From Opitutales bacterium (lineage in GTDB: Bacteria; Verrucomicrobiota; Verrucomicrobiia; Opitutales; Seribacteraceae), in the NCBI GenBank assembly GCA_029254745.1, contig JAQWWZ010000072.1, forward strand, positions 4,380 to 68,379: a stretch of 64,000 bases of DNA, given 5' to 3'. Positions 51,193 to 62,378 of this stretch are shown in pieces. The notes below the pieces were generated by a model that had not been told where the DNA came from, searched no databases, and saw only the letters and a list, made by a program, of their open reading frames with translations. Each line of letters opens with the position of its first letter. Within the stretch, counting starts at the first letter, position 1. The translations under genes and the position numbers were made by a program.

Positions 51193-52721
51193 TGGGAGCT
51201 ATGGGTAAAATTTATTTAGTGGGGGCTGGTCCAGGAGATCCTAGTCTTTCAACCTTACGGACAAGAGAGATTATCCTTTGTTGCGATGTGCTTGTTTACG
51301 ATCATCTAGCCAATCCTGAATTTCAGAAATGGACGCGTTCAGACTGTGAATTGATTAATGTGGGTAAAAGTCCGGGTAGGCATACTGTCCCGCAGGAAGA
51401 AATTGGAAAAATACTTGTATCCAAGGCCTCCACTCACAAAACCATCGTTCGGCTTAAGGGAGGAGACCCCTTTGTTTTTGGAAGATGCGCTGAAGAGATG
51501 TCAGTGTTAGATGCCGCGGGGATTGATTATGAAATTGTGCCTGGGGTGACTGCGGCCTTGGCTTGTGCTGCATATGCTGGTATCCCGCTTTCGCACAGGG
51601 ATTATGGTTCTTCCATCTCTTTTCTTACCGGTCATGAAGATATTACCAAGGAGTCTTTACGGGTTGATTTTGCAAAATTTGCCGAAATCGGTGGAACCCT
51701 ATGTATTTACATGGGAATGAGTAAGATCGAAGAAATTGTCGATCGGCTGATAAAAGGAGGAATGCCAAAAGAAAAGCCTGCTGCTGTCGTAAGTAATGGT
51801 ACTCTACCAAGCCAAAAGCATGTTAGGTGCAACTTGGGAGATTTAGTTGAAAAGGCAAAAGGTAAATGCCTGCAGGCACCTGCTATTATATTCGTCGGTA
51901 ATGCGGTTGGGCTTTCTTTTCAACGAAGTTGGTTTGAGGGGCGCCCCCTTTTCTCAAAACGCATAGCAATTACGAGGTCCACTGCCCAAAGCGGCAAGAT
52001 GAAGCAGAGTCTAACAGATCTTGGCGCTGAGGTTTTAGAACTTCCTTTGATCGAGGTCATTCCTAGCCAAGATCGTAAATTAGTCGCAGAAGCTTTTAGT
52101 GGAATTGCCACATATGAGTGGATCATTTTCACCAGCGCGAATGGTGCTCGTGAATTCATGCGCCTTTTCTTTATGGCTTACAAAGATATCCGCAGTTTCG
52201 GCCCTATGCGGATAGCCTGTGTTGGAGAGGCGACAGCGTCTATTTTTAGGTCGTATAGTCTGGAAGTCGAATTAGTACCAGCAATTTCAACCGCAGAGAA
52301 CTTAGCCCAGGAGTTAGTCGCTACTGATTCATTAGATAGCGCTAATGTTTTGGTCATTACGGGAAATCGCAACCGGGATGTTTTGGTTACTATGCTGGAA
52401 ACTGTAGGGCATGCCATTGTGGATGTGCTTTCACTATATGAGACTGATTTTGCAGATATAACGAAGGCTAAAGATTTAGATAGTTTCAAGGAGTTCGGGG
52501 CTGATGCGATCATTTTTAGTAGTTCCTCTACCGCTTTGTCTTACATCGAACAAGAAGAGGATATGACTCTTTCCAAAGGTGCCCAGAAACCGATTTTATG
52601 CAGTTTTGGCCCCGAAACATCTAAGACATTACTCGAAAATGATCTTTCACCAGATTTGCAGGCAGATGAACCAAGTATGGATGCAATGATTACTGCCATA
52701 ACGGATAAATTAAGTTCATAA
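51192..52721 (+). CDS. cobA-hemD: Fused uroporphyrinogen-III C-methyltransferase / uroporphyrinogen-III synthase
   Basis: VGAGPGD, RLKGGDPFVFGR, VPGVTA; HemD part WIIFTSANG, IACVGEATA, FSSSSTA. Confidence 0.94.
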   Translation: MGAMGKIYLVGAGPGDPSLSTLRTREIILCCDVLVYDHLANPEFQKWTRSDCELINVGKSPGRHTVPQEEIGKILVSKASTHKTIVRLKGGDPFVFGRCAEEMSVLDAAGIDYEIVPGVTAALACAAYAGIPLSHRDYGSSISFLTGHEDITKESLRVDFAKFAEIGGTLCIYMGMSKIEEIVDRLIKGGMPKEKPAAVVSNGTLPSQKHVRCNLGDLVEKAKGKCLQAPAIIFVGNAVGLSFQRSWFEGRPLFSKRIAITRSTAQSGKMKQSLTDLGAEVLELPLIEVIPSQDRKLVAEAFSGIATYEWIIFTSANGAREFMRLFFMAYKDIRSFGPMRIACVGEATASIFRSYSLEVELVPAISTAENLAQELVATDSLDSANVLVITGNRNRDVLVTMLETVGHAIVDVLSLYETDFADITKAKDLDSFKEFGADAIIFSSSSTALSYIEQEEDMTLSKGAQKPILCSFGPETSKTLLENDLSPDLQADEPSMDAMITAITDKLSS

Positions 52722-52726
52722 TTGGT

Positions 52727-53374
52727 ATGAAATCATGCCCGGAAATCAAAATTTGCGGTATTACTAAAAGCAAAGATGCAGAAGCTGCCACTGATTTAGG
52801 AGCATCATACCTTGGATTTATTTTATATCCTAAATCCCCTAGGTTCTTGCCTGCCAAAGAGGCCAAAGGCATAGTATCATCATTATCTGCACCTCGACCG
52901 TATAGCGTCGCTGTCGATGTTAACCCAAATATCTCTGAGCTTGAAGCTGCTAAGGTGTTTTCTTTTGATTTTCACCAACTTCATTTTCCACTTTCGACCC
53001 CTGTCGATCTAATCAAGCAGTGGTCATCTCTTGTGGGTTGTTCGAAGTTGTGGCTTGCCCCCCAAATTGAGCCAGGCCGGACTTTTCCTGAAGATATTCT
53101 ACCTTTAGCTGACACCTTTTTGGTGGATGCTTATTCCGAGGATAAATTTGGGGGCACTGGGCACAAGGCAGACTGGGCATTATTTGAAAATTTAAAAAAT
53201 CAATATCCTCATAAAAAATGGGTTTTAGCTGGAGGGCTTGGCCCTCATAACCTGAATGAGGCTCTGTTGCAGGCAAACCCAGATGTGTTGGATATGAACA
53301 GTGCCCTGGAAATTGATCCGGGTGTGAAAGACCATAATAAATTACATTTAGCTTTTTCCCTCTTGCCAACGTAA
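52727..53374 (+). CDS. trpF: Phosphoribosylanthranilate isomerase
   Basis: IKICGIT, YPKSPR, HQLH, FGGTG, LAGGL, DMNSALE..PGVKD. Confidence 0.94.
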   Translation: MKSCPEIKICGITKSKDAEAATDLGASYLGFILYPKSPRFLPAKEAKGIVSSLSAPRPYSVAVDVNPNISELEAAKVFSFDFHQLHFPLSTPVDLIKQWSSLVGCSKLWLAPQIEPGRTFPEDILPLADTFLVDAYSEDKFGGTGHKADWALFENLKNQYPHKKWVLAGGLGPHNLNEALLQANPDVLDMNSALEIDPGVKDHNKLHLAFSLLPT

Positions 53375-53447
53375 ATCAATCAAGGTACCACGCAAGAAAG
53401 GTTAATCTTTGTTTGAGATAATTCGATAACCTCAATATTAATAAAAA

Positions 53448-54086
53448 ATGACTTCTGTAGGAAAAAAATTCCCAAATATCGCCGTTAACGCTATGAATGA
53501 AATGGGTGACACCATTTCTTTGAACCTTTTAGACAAAGCAATTTCAGAGAAAAAGAAAGTTCTTCTTTTTTGGTATCCTAAGGATTTTACTTTTGTTTGC
53601 CCTACTGAACTGCACGCTTTTCAAGAGGCACTTGGAGAATTCGAAAAACGAAATACTCTTGTCGTGGGTGCTTCCTGTGATACCGCAGAGGTTCATTTTG
53701 CATGGCTTAATACGCCCAAGGATAGCGGTGGGATTGAAGGTGTTACCTACGACCTTTTAGCCGATAGCAATCGCAACTTAGCTAACACTCTTGGCATCTT
53801 AGACGAAACCAATGAGCGTGTTGATGATGAAACCGGAGTCGTGCTCGTGGATGGTGACAGTGTTCCATATCGTGCCACTTACCTCATCGATGAGGATGGC
53901 CTTGTCTTTCATGAGGGAATCAATCACATGCCGATTGGGCGAAATGTTCAAGAATATGTTCGCTTGATTGACGCATACACCCATGTGCAATTAAAAGGTG
54001 AAGTCTGTCCCGCGAACTGGGAAGAGGGTAAGGATGCTATGGATGCAAATCGTGACGGGGTTGCTTCTTATTTAAGCTCTCACTAA
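53448..54086 (+). CDS. ahpC: 2-Cys peroxiredoxin (AhpC)
   Basis: FWYPKDFTFVCPTE, RAT, GRNV, GEVCPANW. Confidence 0.97.
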   Translation: MTSVGKKFPNIAVNAMNEMGDTISLNLLDKAISEKKKVLLFWYPKDFTFVCPTELHAFQEALGEFEKRNTLVVGASCDTAEVHFAWLNTPKDSGGIEGVTYDLLADSNRNLANTLGILDETNERVDDETGVVLVDGDSVPYRATYLIDEDGLVFHEGINHMPIGRNVQEYVRLIDAYTHVQLKGEVCPANWEEGKDAMDANRDGVASYLSSH

Positions 54087-54090
54087 ACCC

Positions 54091-54405
54091 ATGCTTACTG
54101 AGTTGGTTGAAGATAATTTGGAAGGGCTTCTCTCCGAGGAAGCTCTGTCCTTTGTGCAATTTTCTGCGGGATGGTGTGGCAATTGTCGTATTATGAAGCC
54201 AAAATTTAAAAAATCTTCAATTGAACATAAGAGTGTCTCTTTTTTTCTAGTGGATGCTGAAAAGTTTCCTTTATCCAGAAAACTTGCGTCTGTTGATAAT
54301 CTGCCCACTTTTGCTGCCTTCAAAAAAGGGGAATGTGTAGGTCAGACTCAAACAAACAAAGCTGACGTGCTTAAAACATTTATCGATGAGATTGCCTCTG
54401 ATTAA
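54091..54405 (+). CDS. Thioredoxin-family protein
   Basis: AGWCGNC active site, NLPTF cis-Pro loop. Confidence 0.92.
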   Translation: MLTELVEDNLEGLLSEEALSFVQFSAGWCGNCRIMKPKFKKSSIEHKSVSFFLVDAEKFPLSRKLASVDNLPTFAAFKKGECVGQTQTNKADVLKTFIDEIASD

Positions 54406-54643
54406 GCATATTTCCCAATTTATTGAGGAAAATGACGAGGACTTTATAACCGAAACAATTGAGGTTCTAGAGAACCTTACTGAGTTTGATGGTTTAAAGG
54501 ACGAAGAGCTTGATGTCCTAGGAGAAATTATTTCTAATCTTTACGGTGCGATCGAAGTTGAGAATTCCGTTCGTGAAGGGAACTCTCGAAAGGAATCCCT
54601 TAATATTTTCATGAAGAGGGTACAAGGTTCGATTGACCGGTAG
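54386..54643 (+). CDS. Small acidic hypothetical protein (DUF6952-like)
   Basis: MRLPLIKH...IEENDED, LKDEELDVLGEIISNLYGA, FMKRVQGSID; overlaps the thioredoxin gene. Confidence 0.75.
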   Translation: MRLPLIKHISQFIEENDEDFITETIEVLENLTEFDGLKDEELDVLGEIISNLYGAIEVENSVREGNSRKESLNIFMKRVQGSIDR

Positions 54644-54673
54644 CATCCTTTGAACCGAGTAGATATTCAGTAT

Positions 54674-56056
54674 TTATCTGAATTGCTTGGCAAGCTTTGC
54701 TAGTTCTTTAGGATCCATGTCACTCATGTCAGGCATTCCTGCTCCGCCACCAAATGAGTTCATTAGTTTTTGCATTTTCCCTCCTCTCATCTTTTTCATC
54801 ATTTTTTGCATTTGGGTAAACTGCTTAATCAGTTGATTGACATCTCTGATCTGAACGCCTGCCCCTACGGCAATTCTTTTTCTACGTGAACCTGCTAGAA
54901 TGCGAGGGAGTCGCCTTTCCTCTTTTGTCATGGAAAGAATTATAGCTTCATGCCTTCCCAACGCAGCTTCCTCTTTATCCCCGACCTGAACATTGCCCAT
55001 ACCGGGAAGCATTTTGGCTATCGACCCCATGGACCCCATTTTTTTCATCTGTTTCATCTGGCTGAGGAAATCTTCGAAGTCGAATTCTGACTTTAACATC
55101 TTTTCGGCCATGCGCATGGATTCTTCTTCATCCAAGTTTTCCTGCGCTTTTTCCACGAGGGATACGACATCCCCCATTCCAAGAATCCTAGAGGCTAGCC
55201 GATCGGGGTGGAAAACTTCGAATTCGTCGATTTTTTCTCCTACCCCCATAAATTTGATGGGAGCCCCTGTTACTTTTTTCATTGAAAGAGCGGCCCCACC
55301 TCGGGCATCTCCATCAACTTTTGTTAAAATAATACCCGTTAGGTTGAGTCGTTCGTGAAATGTTTTGGCAACATTGACCGCCTCTTGGCCAAGTGCTGCA
55401 TCAGCAACAAGAAGAATTTCATGAGGTTCGACTTCTTTTTTGAGTGCTTCCAATTCACCCACTAATTCGTCATCGATTTGAAGTCTGCCTGCTGTATCAA
55501 ATATAACGACATCCGACCCATTTGATTTGGAGTCTTCCCAGCCAGCACGGGCAATGGCTGGAACATCTTTATTTTCTCTGTCTAAGTAACAATTGAAATC
55601 TTCTTGCTTTGCAAGGAATTCTAGTTGGTCGATAGCTGCCGGGCGGTATACATCACAAGCAACTAGCATGGGCTTTCGGCCACCCTTAGCCATACGTTTA
55701 GCGAGTTTTGCTGAGGTTGTGGTCTTGCCTGCTCCATGAAGGCCGACCATTAAAACGCGTAGAGGACTGTCTTGCCTGAGCTCGGTGGTTCCTTCCCCGA
55801 GAAGTTTAACAAGTTCATCATTTATAATTTTAACAACTTGTTGGCCTGGAGATACACTTTTTAAAACCTCTTGGCCAAGGCAGGCTTGTTTTACTTCATC
55901 AACAAACTCACGGGCTGTTTTAAAGTGAACATCTGCAGACAGCAGAGCTTTCCTGACCTCCGCCAAGGCTTCACTTATATTGTCTTCGCTGAGCTTACCG
56001 ACCCCCCTGAGATTGCGAAGGGTCTTACTTAATTTTTCTGTTAGGGTTTCAAACAT
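54674..56056 (-). CDS. ffh: Signal recognition particle protein
   Basis: [26 protein letters not shown], Met-rich M domain, [11 protein letters not shown]. Confidence 0.98.
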   Translation of the reverse strand: MFETLTEKLSKTLRNLRGVGKLSEDNISEALAEVRKALLSADVHFKTAREFVDEVKQACLGQEVLKSVSPGQQVVKIINDELVKLLGEGTTELRQDSPLRVLMVGLHGAGKTTTSAKLAKRMAKGGRKPMLVACDVYRPAAIDQLEFLAKQEDFNCYLDRENKDVPAIARAGWEDSKSNGSDVVIFDTAGRLQIDDELVGELEALKKEVEPHEILLVADAALGQEAVNVAKTFHERLNLTGIILTKVDGDARGGAALSMKKVTGAPIKFMGVGEKIDEFEVFHPDRLASRILGMGDVVSLVEKAQENLDEEESMRMAEKMLKSEFDFEDFLSQMKQMKKMGSMGSIAKMLPGMGNVQVGDKEEAALGRHEAIILSMTKEERRLPRILAGSRRKRIAVGAGVQIRDVNQLIKQFTQMQKMMKKMRGGKMQKLMNSFGGGAGMPDMSDMDPKELAKLAKQFR

Positions 56057-56176
56057 AATTAAGTTTCCACCATGTCATGACCAAGGGAGATGGTGAAGCT
56101 AAAATTCAACATCCTCTTTACCGGTTGCCTTTCGAAGAAAATTAACCATGCTAAATTCCTTTTTTCCAATAAGATT

Positions 56177-57772
56177 ATGAAGATTTTAGTTGCGGACCGT
56201 ATATCCCCTTTAGGTGTAGAGTTTTTGCAAAAGCAAGATGGCTTTGAAGTTGTTGAAGCCTTTGGCTCCACTCCTGAGGAAATGCTTGAATTATCCAAGG
56301 ATGTATCTGCTATTATTGTGAGGAGTGATACGAGGGTGTCCAAGGAAGTAATAGCCGTTGCATCCAAATTGAAGGCCGTCGGCCGAGCTGGTGTTGGAGT
56401 TGATAATATTGATATTCCTGCTGCTACGGAAAAGGGTGTGATTGTTATGAACACTCCTGGCGGAAATACCATTGCCACTGCAGAACTTACTTTTACTCAT
56501 ATGCTATGCACCACCCGACCCATTGTAAGGGGTGCTTCTGGCATGCGTGATGGAAAGTGGGAGCGTAAACTTCTAAAAGGGTCAGAACTTCGAGGTAAAA
56601 CGCTTACCGTTTTGGGCTTGGGCCGTATCGGTGTTGAGGTTGCCAAGCGGGCTCTTGCTTTCGATATGAAGGTAATAGCTTATGATCCTTATCTGACCGA
56701 AGACAGGGCCAAAGAATTAGATTTAATAAAAGTTGATTTGGAGGAAGCTTTTGCTCAAGCAGACTATTTGACTGTGCATATGCCACTTACTGATGAAACC
56801 CGAAATATTGTAGATGAAGCGGCATTTTCTTCTATGAAAGATGGGGTTCGTGTTTTTAATTGTGCACGAGGTGGGATTATCAAAGAAAGTGCATTGGCTG
56901 AAGCGTTAAAAAGCGGGAAGGTTGCATCTGCCGGCTTAGATGTTTATGAGCAGGAACCCCTGCCCGAAGATCATGAGTTTCGTAGCTTAGAGAATTTGAA
57001 CCTAACACCTCACTTAGGTGCTTCTACAGCAGAAGCTCAAGAAAGTGTTGGGGTTGAGATTGCCGAAGCAATTGCAGAAGTTTTACAAGGTGGTCGTATT
57101 CGTAATGCGATCAATATGCCATCTATTGATCCCAAAGATCTAGAATCCCTTAGTCCCTACCTTGATCTTTGTCAGAGACTTGGTGCTTTTGCCCGACAGG
57201 CTGCGAAAGGGTCGGTGGAAGCCATACATATTTCTTATTTTGGTGGGATTGCTGATTTTGACTGCGTACCTCTTACCCGAGCTGTTCAAAAAGGGTGGCT
57301 TGCCGGTATTACTGGTGATGATGGGGTCAATGATGTAAATGCGCCTCACAAAATTAAGGATCTTGGTATAAGCTTGGAGAGCACAAAGTCTTCAACTGCG
57401 GTGGACTACAGTGAATTAATCGAGGTAAAAACTATTTCCCAAGATGGGTCAGAATGTTCTGTTCGTGGCACTTTGCTTGGAAAAGGAAATGATCCACGAA
57501 TCGTTGAGGTCAATGGCCAAGCAATTGAAGTACGTCCTGTAGATAAGCTCTTAGTTGTTCGAAATTTGGATAAGCCTGGCATTGTAGGCAAGCTTGGTAC
57601 AACCTTAGGGAATTGCGGTGTTAATATAGCCAACATGTCCCTAAGTCGTGCCCAAGATGGTGAATGGGCTTTGACGATTTGTGAACTGGATGAAGAACCG
57701 CCCGCATCTGCACTGCAGGCTTTAGTAGATGATCCGGATATCCAAGAAGCACGGGTTTCGAGCCAAGGTTGA
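56177..57772 (+). CDS. serA: D-3-phosphoglycerate dehydrogenase (long form with ACT domain)
   Basis: [37 protein letters not shown]-terminal DKPGIVG ACT. ATG 56177 preferred over GTG 56090. Confidence 0.97.
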   Translation: MKILVADRISPLGVEFLQKQDGFEVVEAFGSTPEEMLELSKDVSAIIVRSDTRVSKEVIAVASKLKAVGRAGVGVDNIDIPAATEKGVIVMNTPGGNTIATAELTFTHMLCTTRPIVRGASGMRDGKWERKLLKGSELRGKTLTVLGLGRIGVEVAKRALAFDMKVIAYDPYLTEDRAKELDLIKVDLEEAFAQADYLTVHMPLTDETRNIVDEAAFSSMKDGVRVFNCARGGIIKESALAEALKSGKVASAGLDVYEQEPLPEDHEFRSLENLNLTPHLGASTAEAQESVGVEIAEAIAEVLQGGRIRNAINMPSIDPKDLESLSPYLDLCQRLGAFARQAAKGSVEAIHISYFGGIADFDCVPLTRAVQKGWLAGITGDDGVNDVNAPHKIKDLGISLESTKSSTAVDYSELIEVKTISQDGSECSVRGTLLGKGNDPRIVEVNGQAIEVRPVDKLLVVRNLDKPGIVGKLGTTLGNCGVNIANMSLSRAQDGEWALTICELDEEPPASALQALVDDPDIQEARVSSQG

Positions 57773-57796
57773 ACCCAATTTTAATTTTCATATACT

Positions 57797-58429
57797 ATGT
57801 CAGTAGAAGCTATTGCAGTCACCCTAATTGGGTATCTTCTGGGTTCCATTCCATTTGGCGTTCTGGTTGCGAAGCGCTATGGCGTTAATATTTACCGAGT
57901 TGGAAGTGGTAATCCAGGAGCAACAAATGTGCTTCGTGAAATTGGGAAACCTGCTGGTTATTTAGTTTTCTTCTTTGATTTCCTTAAAGGTTTGGTAGCT
58001 ACGGTTTGGTTTCTATTTCCTCTTTTTTCTTTTTCCGGTGATGCCACACTTGGTCTGTGGGGTTTACCTGCCGCTGTGCTTGGTCATACTTTTCCTTTGT
58101 TTACTAAGTTTAAGGGCGGAAAAGGGGTTGCTACGGCTATGGGCGGATTATTGGGAGTTATGCCTCAGTGTTTATTGATAGGGCTTGTAAGTTGGGTGAT
58201 TATTTTCTACGCGACCAGATATGTGGCCGTTGCTTCAATCGGTTTTGGTGTAAGTTTACCCATTAGTGCATTGATCAGAGCTTGGGGTAATGATTCGGAT
58301 GTTGGGCAATGGGGTAATATTTTTTTGGCGTTTTTAGTAATGGGATGGATTGTCTGGAGGCACCGTGAAAATTTAGCTCGGTTAAAAGCTGGTACCGAAA
58401 ATCGTTTTGAAAAAAAGAAAAAGCCCTAA
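57797..58429 (+). CDS. plsY: Glycerol-3-phosphate acyltransferase
   Basis: YLLGSIP, GSGNPGATN, DFLKG, GHTFP...GGKGVAT, HRENL.RL..GTE. Confidence 0.96.
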   Translation: MSVEAIAVTLIGYLLGSIPFGVLVAKRYGVNIYRVGSGNPGATNVLREIGKPAGYLVFFFDFLKGLVATVWFLFPLFSFSGDATLGLWGLPAAVLGHTFPLFTKFKGGKGVATAMGGLLGVMPQCLLIGLVSWVIIFYATRYVAVASIGFGVSLPISALIRAWGNDSDVGQWGNIFLAFLVMGWIVWRHRENLARLKAGTENRFEKKKKP

Positions 58430-58452
58430 AGAATACCCAACCCCATAGTACC

Positions 58453-59775
58453 ATGAATGATATACCAACCATTCGAGTCGGAATCTTAGGATTTGGCACA
58501 GTCGGCCAAGGCACCTGGAAGCATTTACATGACAATACTGAATTTTGGGAGAAAATTCTTGGTGTTCGTCTAGTTGCTACGCGGGCATCTGTTAAAAATC
58601 TGACCAAGACCAGAAAGGTAAGCATTTCATCAGATGCTTTAACTGATGATTCCCTATCGATTGTAAATGACCCTGAGATTGATGTGATTTGCGAATTGAT
58701 TGGGGGAATCGAAGAGGCGAAAAAATTAACATTACAGGCATTTTCCCATGGAAAATCAGTCATAACCGCAAACAAAGCATTGATTTGTGAACACGGGGAG
58801 GAACTTTTCAACGCGGCTGAAGATGCAGGCGTGCACTATGCATTTGAAGCTAGTGTTGCCGGAGGAATCCCCATAATCAAAGTACTACGAGAAAGTCTAG
58901 TAGCCAACGAATTTCCCCTTATTTATGGAATTTTAAACGGCACATCCAACTATATTCTCACTCGTATGGAAACCGAGGGAGCCAGTTTTCAAGAAGTGCT
59001 TAAGGATGCCCGTGAATTAGGATATGTTGAAGCAGATGAATCTCTCGACTTGGACGGAGTGGATGCTGCCCATAAAGCAGTTATCTTAGCTTATTTAGCC
59101 CATGGATTATGGGTCGACTTAAAAGATATTACTGTCGAGGGAATCAGTAAGATTTCAAATGAAGACTTAGAGGCTGCCCAAAAGCTTGGCTGTAAGATAA
59201 AACTCATTGGCGTCATTCGGAGGAATTTTGATAATCATCATGTCTCAGTGGCTGTTTATCCTGCTCTTGTCCCCATGGCAGAAATTATTGCCCGAACAGA
59301 TGGTGTATTCAATGGTATTAGCCTAACAGGTTCCGTAGTTGGCACCGTAGTATTAACTGGGAGAGGTGCTGGGCAGGATCCAACTGCTGGCTCCGTAATT
59401 AGCGACTTGGTGGATGTGGTCAAGGGCATGAAAGGTATTCACTCTAAGGTCAAACTTCTCCATGTTTCACCTTCCCAGTGCAAACCCGCCCAGGCAATAG
59501 AGATTAAGGGCTGTTACTATTTGCGTTTATCTGTTGATGACCGTCCAGGGCAATTGGCGAAAGTAGCGGAATGTTTGTCTGACCATGAAATAAGTTTAGC
59601 AACCGTTTTGCAGACTCCTAAGGGAGATCATGCCCCTGCGAGTTTAATTTTAACTTCCCATGAAACTAATGAGCATTCGATCGCAGAGGCCATTGCTTCT
59701 TTGGAAAAACTTCCTGGCGTTAAAGAAACTCCTGTTCTTTTCCGCATGTTTGACCCAAATTCAAACGAAGAATGA
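58453..59775 (+). CDS. hom: Homoserine dehydrogenase with ACT domain
   Basis: [44 protein letters not shown]. Confidence 0.97.
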   Translation: MNDIPTIRVGILGFGTVGQGTWKHLHDNTEFWEKILGVRLVATRASVKNLTKTRKVSISSDALTDDSLSIVNDPEIDVICELIGGIEEAKKLTLQAFSHGKSVITANKALICEHGEELFNAAEDAGVHYAFEASVAGGIPIIKVLRESLVANEFPLIYGILNGTSNYILTRMETEGASFQEVLKDARELGYVEADESLDLDGVDAAHKAVILAYLAHGLWVDLKDITVEGISKISNEDLEAAQKLGCKIKLIGVIRRNFDNHHVSVAVYPALVPMAEIIARTDGVFNGISLTGSVVGTVVLTGRGAGQDPTAGSVISDLVDVVKGMKGIHSKVKLLHVSPSQCKPAQAIEIKGCYYLRLSVDDRPGQLAKVAECLSDHEISLATVLQTPKGDHAPASLILTSHETNEHSIAEAIASLEKLPGVKETPVLFRMFDPNSNEE

Positions 59776-60986
59776 ATATAATTGTCAAAAAGTTTGGAGG
59801 CACTTCCGTTGGAGATGTCGACCGAATTAAAAAAGTTGCGAGACGGGTAAAAAAATCACAAGCAGAAGGCCATGCTGTGGTGGTCGTAGTTTCAGCCCGT
59901 GCGGGTGTTACCAATTCACTAATTGAGCGGGCTAAAGCAATTCAGAAAAATCCTGCGGATCGCGAGTTGGATGTCCTTATGACTTGCGGAGAGCAAGAAA
60001 CGATTGCTTTGCTGTGTATGGCCCTTGATGCCATTGGAGTGGAGGCAGTTTCCCGAACTGGTTGGCAAGCTGGAATTATTACTGAGGGGTTGCACGCCAA
60101 ATCCCGAATTCGTGAAGTATCCGGCGGTGACATTCGAAAACAATTGAAAGCCGGTAAAGTTGTAGTTGTTGCTGGCTTTCAAGGTGTCAATGATCATGGA
60201 GATTTAACCACATTTGGCCGGGGAGGTTCTGATTTGAGTGCAATCGCTTTGGCTGGTGCTTTGCGAGCCAAAGGCTGCCAGATTTTTACCGATGTGGAGG
60301 GAGTATTTACTGCGGATCCAAGAATTGTCCCCAAAGCTACCAAGATCGAAGCCATCAATTATGAGGAAATGCTTGAACTAGCAAGTAGTGGTTCAAAAGT
60401 CATGCAGACCCGAGCCGTTGAGTTCGCCCAGAAACACAATATCCCTTTCGAAGTCCGTTCAACCTTTTCAACCAAACCTGGAACCAGCGTGAAGAAAAAA
60501 GTAAAGTCCCTAGAAGATACCCTTGTAAGTGGTGTCGCCATTGATAAAAACCAAGTTCGTGTCAGTATAACTGAATTACCTGACCGTCCGGGTGCTGCCG
60601 CCGCCATTTTTAAGGTTATGGCCGAGTCAGGAGTGATCGTGGATATGATTGTACAAAATGTAGCTCGTAATGGAAAAGCTAACCTTACTTTTACAGTTCC
60701 CTCTGAAGATGCATTTCGGGCGGAAAAAGCTTTGAAGGAACACTTTGCTGATGGAGCAAGTGGAAAGCTAGGTAAAAGTACAAACATTGCTAAAGTTTCG
60801 GTAGTTGGAGTTGGTATGCGTTCACATTCCGGTGTAGCCTCTGCCTTTTTCGAGGCACTTGCTAATGCTGGGATAAATATGTTGATGATTAGCACATCTG
60901 AAATTAAAATTTCTGTAGCTGTTAGCCCAGACCAAGGAGATGAAGCAACCCGTGTAGCTCATGTCGCTTTTGGTTTGGGTAAGTAG
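59772..60986 (+). CDS. lysC: Aspartate kinase
   Basis: [25 protein letters not shown], two ACT domains, STSEIKIS. Confidence 0.97.
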   Translation: MNIIVKKFGGTSVGDVDRIKKVARRVKKSQAEGHAVVVVVSARAGVTNSLIERAKAIQKNPADRELDVLMTCGEQETIALLCMALDAIGVEAVSRTGWQAGIITEGLHAKSRIREVSGGDIRKQLKAGKVVVVAGFQGVNDHGDLTTFGRGGSDLSAIALAGALRAKGCQIFTDVEGVFTADPRIVPKATKIEAINYEEMLELASSGSKVMQTRAVEFAQKHNIPFEVRSTFSTKPGTSVKKKVKSLEDTLVSGVAIDKNQVRVSITELPDRPGAAAAIFKVMAESGVIVDMIVQNVARNGKANLTFTVPSEDAFRAEKALKEHFADGASGKLGKSTNIAKVSVVGVGMRSHSGVASAFFEALANAGINMLMISTSEIKISVAVSPDQGDEATRVAHVAFGLGK

Positions 60987-61005
60987 TTGTTTTTAATTTT
61001 ATAGA

Positions 61006-62367
61006 ATGGAATTCATCAGCACTAGAGGCTTCTCGGATTCTGTAAGCTTTACGGAAGCAGTGTCGCAAGGATTGGCTCCAGATGGAGGATTATACCTACC
61101 GCGCGAGTTCCCTGATCTATCTGGCTCTTTTGATAGTTGGAAAACCCTAGCTTATGATGAACTTTGCTTTGAGTTCTTTAAACTGTTTGCCACAGACATG
61201 GACTCATCAGTTCTTCAAGATTGTATACAAAGGGCTTACCAAAATTTTTCGGTCGATGAAGTTGCTCCTCTTGTTCCGATCACGGACAAATGGCAGGTTT
61301 TAGAGCTTTTTCACGGTCCAACTCTTGCTTTTAAAGATTTTGCCCTTCAACTACTTGGAAATCTTTATGAAGCTCAAATTGCTCGAACTGGAAAAAGTCT
61401 CACAATTCTAGGTGCTACTTCGGGGGACACTGGGGCTGCTGCTATATCAGGGTTAGTCGGTAAAAAGGGAGTTGAAGTTTTTATCCTATACCCTGACGGT
61501 AAAGTTTCTCCTCTTCAAGAGAGGCAAATGACATGTACAGAATCCACCAATGTCTACCCATTGGCCATTGAGGGAACATTTGATGATGCTCAAAAAACAG
61601 TGAAGGAAATCTTTGCTGATCTATCTTTTCGCGAAGAAGTAGGTCTTTCTGCGGTCAACTCTATAAACCTAGCCCGTATCCTTGCCCAGAGCGTTTATTA
61701 CCTCTATGCTTGGCTTCGCTTAGATCCGGTCTTGAGGCAAACCACTTCATTCATTGTACCGACTGGAAATTTTGGAAATGTTTTTGCCGGCTGGTTGCTA
61801 ACGAAAATGAATGTACCGATCCACGAATTTCGAGTTGCAACTAATCAAAACGATGTGCTCCATAGATTGTTCGATACTGGAGAATATTCTTTGTCAAAAG
61901 TATGCCCCAGCCTTGCTCCGTCTATGGATATTCAAGTGGCTTCTAATTTTGAAAGATTACTCTATTTTATGATGGAGCAAGACACTGCCAAGGTACGAGA
62001 AGTGATGAATGCATTCGGGCATCAGGGAAGGTATAGTTTCAAAGATTTTACAGCAGGTGGTTTTTCTAGTTGCCGGGCATCCGATGACGAAATTCCATCG
62101 CTTATTTCTCAGGTTTGGGAAAATTACCATTACTTGGTGGATCCTCATACAGCTTGTGCATTTAAGGATTTGGACCCCCGTTTCCCAAGTGTTATTCTTG
62201 CGACAGCCCACCCTGCAAAGTTTCCATCTGTTTATGAAAAAGCTAAGATTGAAATCCCCACTTCTTCCATCTTAGAATCTTTACTTTCAATCAAGCCTAA
62301 CAAATATAAGGTAGGCGTAGACCCTGATTCTGTCCGTTCATTTATTCTTCAAAAATTAGCAAAGTAA
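61006..62367 (+). CDS. thrC: Threonine synthase
   Basis: GLAPDGGL, ELFHGPTLAFKD (PLP lysine), ATSGDTG, NSIN.ARI, PTGNFGN, SPSMDIQ-like segment, DPHTA. Confidence 0.97.
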   Translation: MEFISTRGFSDSVSFTEAVSQGLAPDGGLYLPREFPDLSGSFDSWKTLAYDELCFEFFKLFATDMDSSVLQDCIQRAYQNFSVDEVAPLVPITDKWQVLELFHGPTLAFKDFALQLLGNLYEAQIARTGKSLTILGATSGDTGAAAISGLVGKKGVEVFILYPDGKVSPLQERQMTCTESTNVYPLAIEGTFDDAQKTVKEIFADLSFREEVGLSAVNSINLARILAQSVYYLYAWLRLDPVLRQTTSFIVPTGNFGNVFAGWLLTKMNVPIHEFRVATNQNDVLHRLFDTGEYSLSKVCPSLAPSMDIQVASNFERLLYFMMEQDTAKVREVMNAFGHQGRYSFKDFTAGGFSSCRASDDEIPSLISQVWENYHYLVDPHTACAFKDLDPRFPSVILATAHPAKFPSVYEKAKIEIPTSSILESLLSIKPNKYKVGVDPDSVRSFILQKLAK

Positions 62368-62378
62368 CCGGAAACGGA

